Assembly: GCA_964493715.1 (NCBI GenBank)
Contig: CAZBPC010000101.1
Coordinates: forward strand, 1 to 11,025
Source: an uncultured archaeon
GTDB lineage: Archaea; Asgardarchaeota; Lokiarchaeia; Sigyniarchaeales; SOKP01
Direction of reading: 5' to 3'
Length of the DNA: 11,025 nucleotides
The position numbers and the translations under genes are program-made. The notes beneath the pieces were generated by a model. That model was given only the letters and a program-made list of their open reading frames with translations, was not told the origin of the DNA and did no database searches. Below, piece after piece: positions 1-7,265 of the stretch; position 1 is the first letter of the stretch, and the number at the start of each line of letters is the position of its first letter.

Positions 1-23
1 TCTTATATAAAGCTCTTTAATGG

Positions 24-902
24 ATGACAGATATGAATTATAGAAAACTAGGAAGAACAGATTTCAAAGTGAGTGAAATAGGATTAGGGACAGAATTTTT
101 ATTCAGACAACCTAAAGATGTTGTAGATTCCGTTATTACAGAGGCTATTGAAAAAAAAATTAATTATTTTGATGTGTTATTTTCAGTCGAACATTATTTA
201 AAAAAACTAGCCTCACCTCTCAAAGCATATAGAGATCACTTATTAATTACTGGACATCTGGGGACCTCTGAACTTGAAGAAAGACCAAAAAGAATGAGGT
301 CAATCAAAGGAGCAGAAGAAGGATTTTTAAAATTATTGAAAAATCTCCAAACAGATCATGTAGACATTATTAATATTCAATTTGTAAAAGCAAATGAATA
401 TGAAAATATTTTCAAACCCAAAGGGCTATTAGACTTAGCGATATCATTCCAAAATGACGGTAAAGCTCGTTTCATTGGTCTAAGTACTCATGATATTTCA
501 GTGGCAATGAAAGCAATTAATACGGGTAAAATTGATGTGATCATGTTCCCGCTTAATTTAGCAAATCATTCACTTCCTGGGAGAGATGAATTTCTAAACT
601 TATGCAAAAGCAAAAACATTGGCTTAGTTGCAATTAAGCCATTCGCAGCTGGAAATCTCTTAATGAATAATCGGACGGTGAGTATGGCCAAATATCAAAC
701 AGGAGGATTACGCGTAAAAGCGAAAAATCGATCAGATATTAATTCATCAATATGTCTTAATTATGTTACATCACTTTCAGGTGTTTCTATTGTTTTAATG
801 GGTGTCAAAAATATCGATGAATTGAATGAAAACTTAAGATATTCATCTTTAGATGCAAATGAACTAGATTTTTCTCCTTTCATTAACTCATATCAAACAT
901 AA
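24..902 (+). CDS. Aldo/keto reductase family oxidoreductase
   Basis: N-terminal 'YRKLGRTDFKVSEIGLG', 'INYFD', 'GKARFIGLSTH', 'GLVAIKPFAAG' and 'GVKNIDELNEN' are typical AKR motifs. The true start may be the second Met (nt 33), ~23 nt after TTATATAA at 3-10. Confidence 0.9.
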   Translation: MTDMNYRKLGRTDFKVSEIGLGTEFLFRQPKDVVDSVITEAIEKKINYFDVLFSVEHYLKKLASPLKAYRDHLLITGHLGTSELEERPKRMRSIKGAEEGFLKLLKNLQTDHVDIINIQFVKANEYENIFKPKGLLDLAISFQNDGKARFIGLSTHDISVAMKAINTGKIDVIMFPLNLANHSLPGRDEFLNLCKSKNIGLVAIKPFAAGNLLMNNRTVSMAKYQTGGLRVKAKNRSDINSSICLNYVTSLSGVSIVLMGVKNIDELNENLRYSSLDANELDFSPFINSYQT

Positions 903-904
903 AA

Positions 905-930
905 TTTCGTGAAAGAGTTGTTTCACGAAA
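905..930. repeat. Perfect 10-bp inverted repeat TTTCGTGAAA-GAGTTG-TTTCACGAAA, containing most of copy 1 of a 16-bp direct repeat
   Basis: Arms at 905-914 and 921-930 with a 6-nt loop, 2 nt after the AKR stop. AGAGTTGTTTCACGAA (914-929) recurs exactly at 1677-1692. Confidence 0.85.
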
Positions 931-1035
931 AAAACATTAACAATATTCAAATAATATTTTTTTCTCATTATCAAAATATAAATATCAATGAGACATAACA
1001 ATATTCAAATTTAATTAAATTATTTAGTGATATGA

Positions 1036-1587
1036 ATGGAAGGAAAGAGCAGGTTTAATTCTATTAATAGTATTATAGGAATTGTAATCATTTCTCTTTC
1101 TATAATAGTATTAGTCTTCTCAAATGTTGTTGTTTTGTCGCTCATAATCCTTTTATCGATTGCTGTTATATTTTCAGGAATCGGAAGGATATACAATGCT
1201 TTTTACAACACACTATTGAATAAATTTGGAAAAATATTAAAATTAGTTACAGGCGTTATTGCAGTTTTAATAGGCTTTATAGTTTTAATCCTTACCTTGA
1301 CAGTTCCTGGTGTTTCAATAATTCTTTTAATATCGCTTATTGGTTATACATTTATCATAATTGGGATTGCAAGAATCTTTATGGGAATTTTGATGGAAAG
1401 TTATAAAAAGGAATATCGCATCTTTCTTGTCATGATTGGTTTGATTACTATGGTTTTTGCCTTTATGATAATACTTTTCCCTGCGTTAGGCTATTTCGTC
1501 TTAATAACTTATCTCTCTCTGACGTTGATGATAAATGGATTAACAAGAATAATTTTCTCTTTGTTTGGAAAAAAGGAAGATCACTAA
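1036..1587 (+). CDS. DUF308/HdeD-like polytopic membrane protein
   Basis: About six hydrophobic helices in repeated hairpins ending in 'SGIGRI', 'IGIARI' and 'NGLTRI', the pattern of HdeD/DUF308 repeats. Confidence 0.75.
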   Translation: MEGKSRFNSINSIIGIVIISLSIIVLVFSNVVVLSLIILLSIAVIFSGIGRIYNAFYNTLLNKFGKILKLVTGVIAVLIGFIVLILTLTVPGVSIILLISLIGYTFIIIGIARIFMGILMESYKKEYRIFLVMIGLITMVFAFMIILFPALGYFVLITYLSLTLMINGLTRIIFSLFGKKEDH

Positions 1588-1588
1588 A

Positions 1589-1597
1589 TTTTTTTTT
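1589..1597 (+). terminator. T9 tract, candidate archaeal-type intrinsic terminator
   Basis: Nine consecutive T starting 2 nt after the stop codon at 1585-1587. Confidence 0.5.
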
Positions 1598-1676
1598 CCA
1601 ATTATGTTTTTATTTTAGAATCATAGCAAATAATAATTAGGAGCATAATAACCCACATATTAATAAAATAAAGCAG

Positions 1677-1692
1677 AGAGTTGTTTCACGAA
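1677..1692. repeat. Copy 2 of the 16-bp direct repeat AGAGTTGTTTCACGAA
   Basis: Exact match to 914-929; both copies are intergenic. Confidence 0.85.
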
Positions 1693-2039
1693 TAAAATAT
1701 AATGGTTATAATAAAAGAAAAAAAAGAATATAGGAATAAGGATTAATAGTTTAGGTTTATTTATTCGAAAAGCCTAATTTTTAAATAAATTCCTCCTTTT
1801 CTATACTTTGATTTAGGATTTCAACCCTCACTTATACTCTCCCTTGAATTTAATGCTAATAAATATTAATCGTTTCGTGTGGCCAAACTTCTTGACCTTC
1901 AGAGTAAGGATTGTTATAATTTTTTTTTCAGAAGCATAATTATATGAAGGGAATTAGCGGTAACTAATTTATTTGAATATTAAATTCATATTAATGAGTT
2001 TTTGAATTTAATTCATTCTTCTTGAATATAAAAATAAAC

Positions 2040-3056
2040 TTATTGCTTATTATAAATTTTAGTGGACTTAACAACGGCTCTTACATTTTCAATTGGAGTA
2101 TCTGCTGTAATCTCACAACCTGGGGCAACCATATAGTGAGGATCATTATGACTCTCTCTTATAGCATAATGAACGGCATCTTCAATCTCTTTTGGAGTAC
2201 CACGTGGGAGTAATTTAACGTGATCAATGTTTCCTGCCACTCCAATTTTATGGTCGAGTAAATCCTGAGTTTTGGAAATATCAACATTTGGCCCAATATT
2301 CAGTGTATTTAATTTATTAATACCTTTAAGATCTTCAGCTAAAAAATTCAGGTGTGGGGTCACTTTTCCGCACATGTGAAGGATATTATAATCAAAAATC
2401 TTAAAAATATCTTGTAGATATTTCAGACTAAATTCCTTAACCAGTTGTGGCTTTAGCATCTGAATATCATGTTCACATAACACCAATATTGTTGCACCAA
2501 CATCTTTTAGTGTTTTGATATACTCCTTGATAATTAAAACAGATTTTTGAATTAATTTATGAGTGAATTCAGGATTTTTTATCATATTTTTTATTAAAAT
2601 TGTATATGGCATTAATTGCAAACTAAATGTTATTGGTCCGGTCATGTAAGCTGCAACCGGAACCCTAGTTTCATTAGCAAGAATACTTGTGCCTTCTATC
2701 ATGACTTTTGAACTCTCTGTTGCCATAAAATCTGGTACATCCAAATTTTTTAAATCGTTTTCTGAATATATTAGGTGCTTAGTAATCCACGGATTCTTAT
2801 CAGGTGGATATTTAACCTCTGCTCCACAAGCTTCAGCAACTGGCCAGCTTGGTTCTACTTGTATTGTTATTATATCGTATCCATATAAATCTAATGCTTT
2901 AAGATGAGCATCTGCTGCTTTTTTTGCATCTTGGTACATTACATTATAAGACAATTTATTTATAATGCCCGCATGATCCCCGATTTGAGGAAGGACTGGG
3001 GGTCTATCTACTGATCGCCCCCTCAATGCAGCATGAACACGATCAAATGAATCCAT
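2040..3056 (-). CDS. UroD-fold MtaA/CmuA-like methylcobamide-dependent methyltransferase (Zn/thiol-activating type)
   Basis: 'VDRPPV', 'AEACGAEV', 'GPITFS', 'NILHMCG' (HxC), 'AGNID', 'GTPKEI' and 'APGCEITADTPIENVRA' match the MtaA/UroD family. The His-x-Cys...Cys Zn ligand set is intact. Confidence 0.85.
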   Translation of the reverse strand: MDSFDRVHAALRGRSVDRPPVLPQIGDHAGIINKLSYNVMYQDAKKAADAHLKALDLYGYDIITIQVEPSWPVAEACGAEVKYPPDKNPWITKHLIYSENDLKNLDVPDFMATESSKVMIEGTSILANETRVPVAAYMTGPITFSLQLMPYTILIKNMIKNPEFTHKLIQKSVLIIKEYIKTLKDVGATILVLCEHDIQMLKPQLVKEFSLKYLQDIFKIFDYNILHMCGKVTPHLNFLAEDLKGINKLNTLNIGPNVDISKTQDLLDHKIGVAGNIDHVKLLPRGTPKEIEDAVHYAIRESHNDPHYMVAPGCEITADTPIENVRAVVKSTKIYNKQ

Positions 3057-3161
3057 TAGATGTTTTGATTAAAGTTATTCTATATAATAATAATAATAAA
3101 GCCAATCTAATATTTCTGAACAATTAAATTTAAAATTCCTTCAAACTTTTTCGATCTGAAG

Positions 3162-3728
3162 ATGCCATTTGCTCAAATTCAATATGAAGACATTCATTTT
3201 GATCCCAAAGTTCAAGAGATGTGTATCTCACCTAGTTTTAAGTGCCCTTTCTATGGACATTCATGGAGTTGCCCTCCTAATTCGCCTTATCTTGAAAAAG
3301 CCTTATCAACATATACAGAATTCTACTTAATTTACTCCATGTTTGATCTAGAAAGTTATATTAAAAAAGAGAAGGAAAGAACAAACAGATCTGAATTTTT
3401 CATCAAAAATACCTTTTTATTAACTAAAAGTTTCGAATCCAATGATTTGGAAAATGAATTTGAAAAATTTTTAGCACAATATGATAAGAAATATAAAAAA
3501 AGACTTCTGTTGTATGACGGAACATGCAAGTACTGTAAAATCCAGGATGCAGGAGCTTGTACCTTTGATTCTGGAGAACAATGTCGTTTTCCTCAAGAGA
3601 AAAGATTCTCTATGGAAGCTGCAGGAATTGAAGTAATAAGCACAGTACGAGATCTAAGAGATAGATTCAATATTGAATATCCCTCTAATAAGTATTCTTA
3701 TAGATTTGGTTTAGCCTGTTTTAAATAA
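3162..3728 (+). CDS. DUF2284-like predicted metal-binding protein
   Basis: C-x6-CPFYG-x4-CPP at the N-terminus, then GTCxxC-x7-C-x7-CRFP and 'RFSMEAAGIEV', which I recognise as DUF2284 motifs; 8 Cys in total. Confidence 0.8.
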   Translation: MPFAQIQYEDIHFDPKVQEMCISPSFKCPFYGHSWSCPPNSPYLEKALSTYTEFYLIYSMFDLESYIKKEKERTNRSEFFIKNTFLLTKSFESNDLENEFEKFLAQYDKKYKKRLLLYDGTCKYCKIQDAGACTFDSGEQCRFPQEKRFSMEAAGIEVISTVRDLRDRFNIEYPSNKYSYRFGLACFK

Positions 3729-3756
3729 AAAAAAAAAAGAATAAAGTTCCTTTTTT
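3727..3756. terminator. Candidate bidirectional T-tract terminator between convergent genes
   Basis: A12 at 3727-3738 (U12 on the minus-strand transcript) and T6 at 3751-3756, in and at the edge of the 31-nt gap between two convergent stops. Confidence 0.55.
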
Positions 3757-3759
3757 GGT

Positions 3760-5016
3760 TTAATACTTTCCATAATCCATTACAGTTTCTGTTAAAGCTC
3801 TTACATTTTCAATCTTTGCGTCTCCCATCCCATTGAATTCAGTAGAAACAATTAAGCCTCCTCCTGATTTCAAATTATCAATAAGTTTTTTCGTGTGCTC
3901 TCTTACTTTATCAGGTGTGCCGCTAATTAATAGAGAAGATGGAATACCTCCCGCAAGGCAATACTTATCACCCATTATTTCTCTTGCTTTAACAAGGTCA
4001 GTTTTATCAAACCACATAATTACCTTACCTTCTGGAAGTTCTTTTAACTGTTCCAATAGATGATCACTTCTACCTTGGAAGCTCATTAGTGGTGTAAAAC
4101 CAGCTTCAATTAGTTCGTTTACAATCTGTTTGATATAAGGGAAATGGAACTCTTTAAACTTTTCTGGAGATAAGTAAGTATTATACCATATAGGACAAAA
4201 TACCCTACGAGAACCTGTAACATCCCTTGAGATCCCTCCTGTCAACTTCCCAACAGCTGCAAGTACTGGCGCTAATGTTTCACAAGCCTTTTTAACTTTT
4301 TCAGGCATTCTATATAGATCCAATGAAAGTGTATCAAAATCTCTAAAAAATGCTCCAATAAAATCCAACGGATTAGGTGCTAAAGCATAATACCATGGAA
4401 TCCATGCTTCTTTTTTCATTTTTCCTACAAAATCCATTAAAAAAGCTGGAAATTTAGCTATTTCTTGACCCATTTTTAATAAAGCTGCTACGGCTGTGGG
4501 GGAATTCATATTAGCTAGGTTTTTATATGCTCTTGGAATCACTGTACCCATTAAAAAGTCAAAAGGTTTTTCTATAAGGAGATCATACTCATCATCTTTC
4601 ATCACTAGTTTTTTTATGGTCCATTGTGATTCAATATTGTCCCCTAATTCTCTACCGGGATTTGAAGAATAGACATCACCTAATATATCGTGTGAAGCTC
4701 CACCCCCCAGTACTGATGATACTGCTGCTCCTATAGCTAAATCTGCGTCAGTACCCGCTAGAGCTAATCCAAGAGGGACACTTTCAAACGAACGATGGAG
4801 ACTAACAGCGTCCCAATTAAAATCTCTCGCAAATTTCGTACCTACTTCAATGTATTTACTATTATCATACCACATGTCCTTATAACTAACACCTGCATAT
4901 TTTGCTGGAAAATATGTCGTTGCAATACCAATTGGAACCCTATCTGGTTCCTTTACTGCAGCTGCGTTTTCTAATCTTTCAACTTTCGATTTAATTAATT
5001 CTTCCGCATTATCCAT
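3760..5016 (-). CDS. UroD-fold methyltransferase-like protein lacking the HxC...C motif (candidate substrate:corrinoid methyltransferase, MT1)
   Basis: 'EPDRVP', 'MKDDEYD', 'LSPEKFKEFHFP', 'ELPEGK', 'GGIPSSLLISGTP' and 'AKIENVRA' fit the UroD superfamily. I moved the start from the GTG at 5028 to the ATG at 5016, because that GTG is part of the SD GGAGGTG (5032-5026) 9 nt upstream of the ATG; this gives 418 aa. Confidence 0.8.
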   Translation of the reverse strand: MDNAEELIKSKVERLENAAAVKEPDRVPIGIATTYFPAKYAGVSYKDMWYDNSKYIEVGTKFARDFNWDAVSLHRSFESVPLGLALAGTDADLAIGAAVSSVLGGGASHDILGDVYSSNPGRELGDNIESQWTIKKLVMKDDEYDLLIEKPFDFLMGTVIPRAYKNLANMNSPTAVAALLKMGQEIAKFPAFLMDFVGKMKKEAWIPWYYALAPNPLDFIGAFFRDFDTLSLDLYRMPEKVKKACETLAPVLAAVGKLTGGISRDVTGSRRVFCPIWYNTYLSPEKFKEFHFPYIKQIVNELIEAGFTPLMSFQGRSDHLLEQLKELPEGKVIMWFDKTDLVKAREIMGDKYCLAGGIPSSLLISGTPDKVREHTKKLIDNLKSGGGLIVSTEFNGMGDAKIENVRALTETVMDYGKY

Positions 5017-5020
5017 ATTT

Positions 5021-5650
5021 TTAGGCACCTCCTACCCACTTTTTAATAATTTTCACACCATCTATTGCATCGTTAACCCAAGCATCTGCACCTACATACT
5101 TACATACTTCCTCATCAGTTCTTTCTCCTCCAATAATTACTTTTACATTATTTCTCAGATTAGCTGCTCCAATAGCTTCTACAGCTTTTTTCATGGGTTC
5201 TATTGATAACGTAAGCAAACCACTCATACCTACAACAGCGGGATTATGCTCTTTAATCGCATCGACAAATTTTTGAGGCGGAACATCTACACCCAAATCA
5301 ATAACATCAAATCCTTCTGCTTTTAAAAAATTAATGGTTATATCTTTACCGATGTTATGGATGTCTCCCTCAACAGTTCCAATTACCACTTTCCCTAAAT
5401 TTTTTGTTGAACCACTAACTAGTTTTGGCATTAAGATTTCCATTGCTTCATTAAAAATTTCCCCCGCCATAATAAGATCTGTTAAAAATATGGTGTCACC
5501 AGAATCTTTTCCAATTTCAGCCATACCTAATCTTAACGCATCCAGAACCTTGATTGGATCTTCACCATTATTAAGTTTTGCTTTTACTAAATTCAGAACC
5601 TTTTGTTCTTCTAATTCTTTAACTGCTTCTGTTATTGCTTCAAAACTCAT
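5021..5650 (-). CDS. Corrinoid (B12-binding) methyl-carrier protein, MtaC/MtbC-like, copy A
   Basis: N-terminal cap domain plus 'GTVEGDIHNIGK' (DxHxxG), 'DLGVDVP', 'GMSGLL' and 'VIIGG'. Confidence 0.93.
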   Translation of the reverse strand: MSFEAITEAVKELEEQKVLNLVKAKLNNGEDPIKVLDALRLGMAEIGKDSGDTIFLTDLIMAGEIFNEAMEILMPKLVSGSTKNLGKVVIGTVEGDIHNIGKDITINFLKAEGFDVIDLGVDVPPQKFVDAIKEHNPAVVGMSGLLTLSIEPMKKAVEAIGAANLRNNVKVIIGGERTDEEVCKYVGADAWVNDAIDGVKIIKKWVGGA

Positions 5651-5674
5651 TTAATTTCACATGTTTATTTATGT

Positions 5675-5706
5675 ATAAGTATCGACTTATATAAGTGAAT
5701 ACTTAT
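5675..5706. promoter_or_regulatory. Tandem palindromic operator (ATAAGT-N4-ACTTAT)x2 overlapping a TATA-like TTATATAA
   Basis: Reads ATAAGT atcg ACTTAT ATAAGT gaat ACTTAT, 25-56 nt upstream of the corrinoid A start in the region divergent from arsR. Confidence 0.75.
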
Positions 5707-5812
5707 GCTTTATTATGATAATTTTTAATTTAAATCTTCTCTTTTTAATTTATCGATATTTTTACAAAAGAAGTAACCTAATTAATCCGGACTATTCTGG
5801 ATATTCCGAAAT

Positions 5813-5834
5813 ACTAATATTAGTGGCTACTTAT
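5813..5834. promoter_or_regulatory. Second, degenerate operator upstream of arsR (ACTAAT ATTAGT ggct ACTTAT)
   Basis: Same half-site spacing as 5675-5706 with one mismatch in each of two half-sites; ends 34 nt before the arsR ATG and lies next to TTTAATAA. Confidence 0.55.
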
Positions 5835-5868
5835 ATTATTTAATAAAATTAATGTTGTTTAATAATTT

Positions 5869-6225
5869 ATGAGAATTGTTCTCGGAGATCTACCTCTATT
5901 ATTTAAAGCTCTTAGGGATCCTACAAGACTTAAACTTTTGAGATTATTGATGTTTAATAATGATGATAAACTTAAGGTAATTGATTTAGCTGAAAAAATA
6001 GGGATTTCTCAACCAGCTATTACGCAACATATTAATATTTTGAAGGAACTTAATCTTATAAAATCAGACAAAGAACATAATCGAATTTTTTACTATGTAG
6101 ATAAGACTAAATACAAGTCTTATCAAAAAGCTCTCAATTCTATATTAGAAATATCATCAATGAAGTGTAATTTTGATGGTAAGTGTGACGAGTGTCCAAA
6201 TAATCTCAGAAATAGACAAAAATAA
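5869..6225 (+). CDS. ArsR/SmtB family transcriptional regulator with C-terminal C-x5-C-x2-C
   Basis: 'FKALRDPTRLKLL', 'VIDLAEKIGISQPAITQHINILKELNLI' (HTH) and 'RIFYYV' (wing); tail 'CNFDGKCDECP'. Confidence 0.92.
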   Translation: MRIVLGDLPLLFKALRDPTRLKLLRLLMFNNDDKLKVIDLAEKIGISQPAITQHINILKELNLIKSDKEHNRIFYYVDKTKYKSYQKALNSILEISSMKCNFDGKCDECPNNLRNRQK

Positions 6226-6234
6226 GTGTATGAT

Positions 6235-6861
6235 TTAGGCACTTACTACCCATTTTTTAATTATTTTTATACCTTCAATAACATCATTGACCCATGCATC
6301 TGCACCAACATAGATACATACTTCTTCATCTACTCTTTCTCCACCAATAATTACTTTTACTTTATCTCTTAAATTAGCAGCAGCTATAGTCTCAATACTC
6401 TCTTTCATAGGTCTAATTGATAATGTAAGTAATCCACTCATACCAACTACATGAGGATTGTATTCTTTTATTGCATCAACAAATTTTTGGGCGGGAACAT
6501 TAACACCCAAATCAATAACCTCAAAACCCTCTGCTTTTAAAAATTTAATGGCAATATCTTTTCCTATGTTATGTATATCCCCTTCAACTGTTCCGATAAC
6601 AATCTTTCCTACACTTTTTGTTGTGCTATTTTTTAATTTTGGCATTAATAATTCTAAAGCTTCATTGAAAATCTCCCCCGCCATAATTAAGTCGGTTAAA
6701 AAGATCTCATCATCTCCTTTTCCAATCTCAGCCATTCCTTTTCTACAAGCTTCTAAAATTTTAATAGGATCTTCATTTGCATCAATTTTTTCTTTCACAT
6801 ATTGTAATACTTTATCTTCCTCTAATTTTGTTAATGCATCTGAAATTTCTTCTAATCTCAA
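6235..6861 (-). CDS. Corrinoid (B12-binding) methyl-carrier protein, copy B
   Basis: Same motifs as copy A ('GDIHNIGK', 'GMSGLL', 'IIGG'); about 154/209 identical to copy A by manual alignment; TTG start. Confidence 0.93.
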   Translation of the reverse strand: MRLEEISDALTKLEEDKVLQYVKEKIDANEDPIKILEACRKGMAEIGKGDDEIFLTDLIMAGEIFNEALELLMPKLKNSTTKSVGKIVIGTVEGDIHNIGKDIAIKFLKAEGFEVIDLGVNVPAQKFVDAIKEYNPHVVGMSGLLTLSIRPMKESIETIAAANLRDKVKVIIGGERVDEEVCIYVGADAWVNDVIEGIKIIKKWVVSA

Positions 6862-7026
6862 TTACACTCACTAAGCAATTATTATATCTATTAGTTTATC
6901 TATTTACATATTTTATATTTTTCACTTATTTGATAGTGGGAAATACAATTTTTTTGAAAAAAAAAATTCTTCAGACTAAGGTGAATAAACTAATTGTTGA
7001 CAAGGTTGTTTTAATTTCAGATTATA

Positions 7027-7245
7027 TTATATAATAAGACGAGATTTACACAATTCAATTGCTTTCGGGTTAGAATCAACCCCAATCCAGGATCTATTCA
7101 ATTCATTTGTAACAGCTATAGTTGTTCCTGTGCCCCAGAAGAAATCAGCCACTAAATCACCTTTATTAGAAGATGCTAGAATTATACGCTCTAAAAGTTC
7201 CTCAGGCTTCTGAGCAGGATAACCTAAGCATTCTATGGAGCGAGT
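7027..7245 (-). pseudogene. 3' remnant of a beta-class DNA methyltransferase
   Basis: 52/70 aa identical to the C-terminus of 9624..10421 by manual alignment. It keeps a motif I variant ('DFFWGTGTT') but lacks the whole DPPF catalytic half. Confidence 0.88.
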
Positions 7246-7265
7246 TACTTCATATAATATCAATA

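Noticed and set aside
919-930. Similarity of TGTTTCACG to the bacterial parS consensus TGTTTCACGTGAAACA
   Set aside because: Only a half-site matches, the full palindrome is absent and there is no parAB in the window.
905-1692. CRISPR array from the repeated 16-mer
   Set aside because: Only two copies, about 760 nt apart with a gene between them, and no cas genes.
1975-2017. SECIS-like hairpin 3' of the MtaA-like gene (minus strand AUGA, 10-bp stem 2012-2003/1988-1979, AAAA in the loop); Lokiarchaeia are known to have eukaryote-like SECIS elements
   Set aside because: The 3' side lacks the GA needed for the quartet (it reads UAUU), and the adjacent genes have no in-frame UGA and end in TAA. 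More likely an AT-rich inverted repeat or terminator.
3085-3099. (TAA)n microsatellite in the MtaA/DUF2284 intergenic region
   Set aside because: Short and expected in DNA this AT-rich; nothing supports phase variation.
5017-5028. GTG start at 5028 overlapping corrinoid A
   Set aside because: The GTG is part of the SD GGAGGTG; the ATG at 5016 has proper SD spacing and removes the overlap.
2040-6861. Pyrrolysine or selenocysteine read-through in the methyltransferase cluster
   Set aside because: All six genes are uninterrupted and end in TAA, and no MttB/MtbB/MtmB-type sequence is present.
5021-6861. hgcAB-type mercury methylation system (corrinoid protein plus ArsR)
   Set aside because: The proteins are DxHxxG MtaC-type with no NVWCAAGK cap-helix motif or TM domain, and there is no HgcB ferredoxin.
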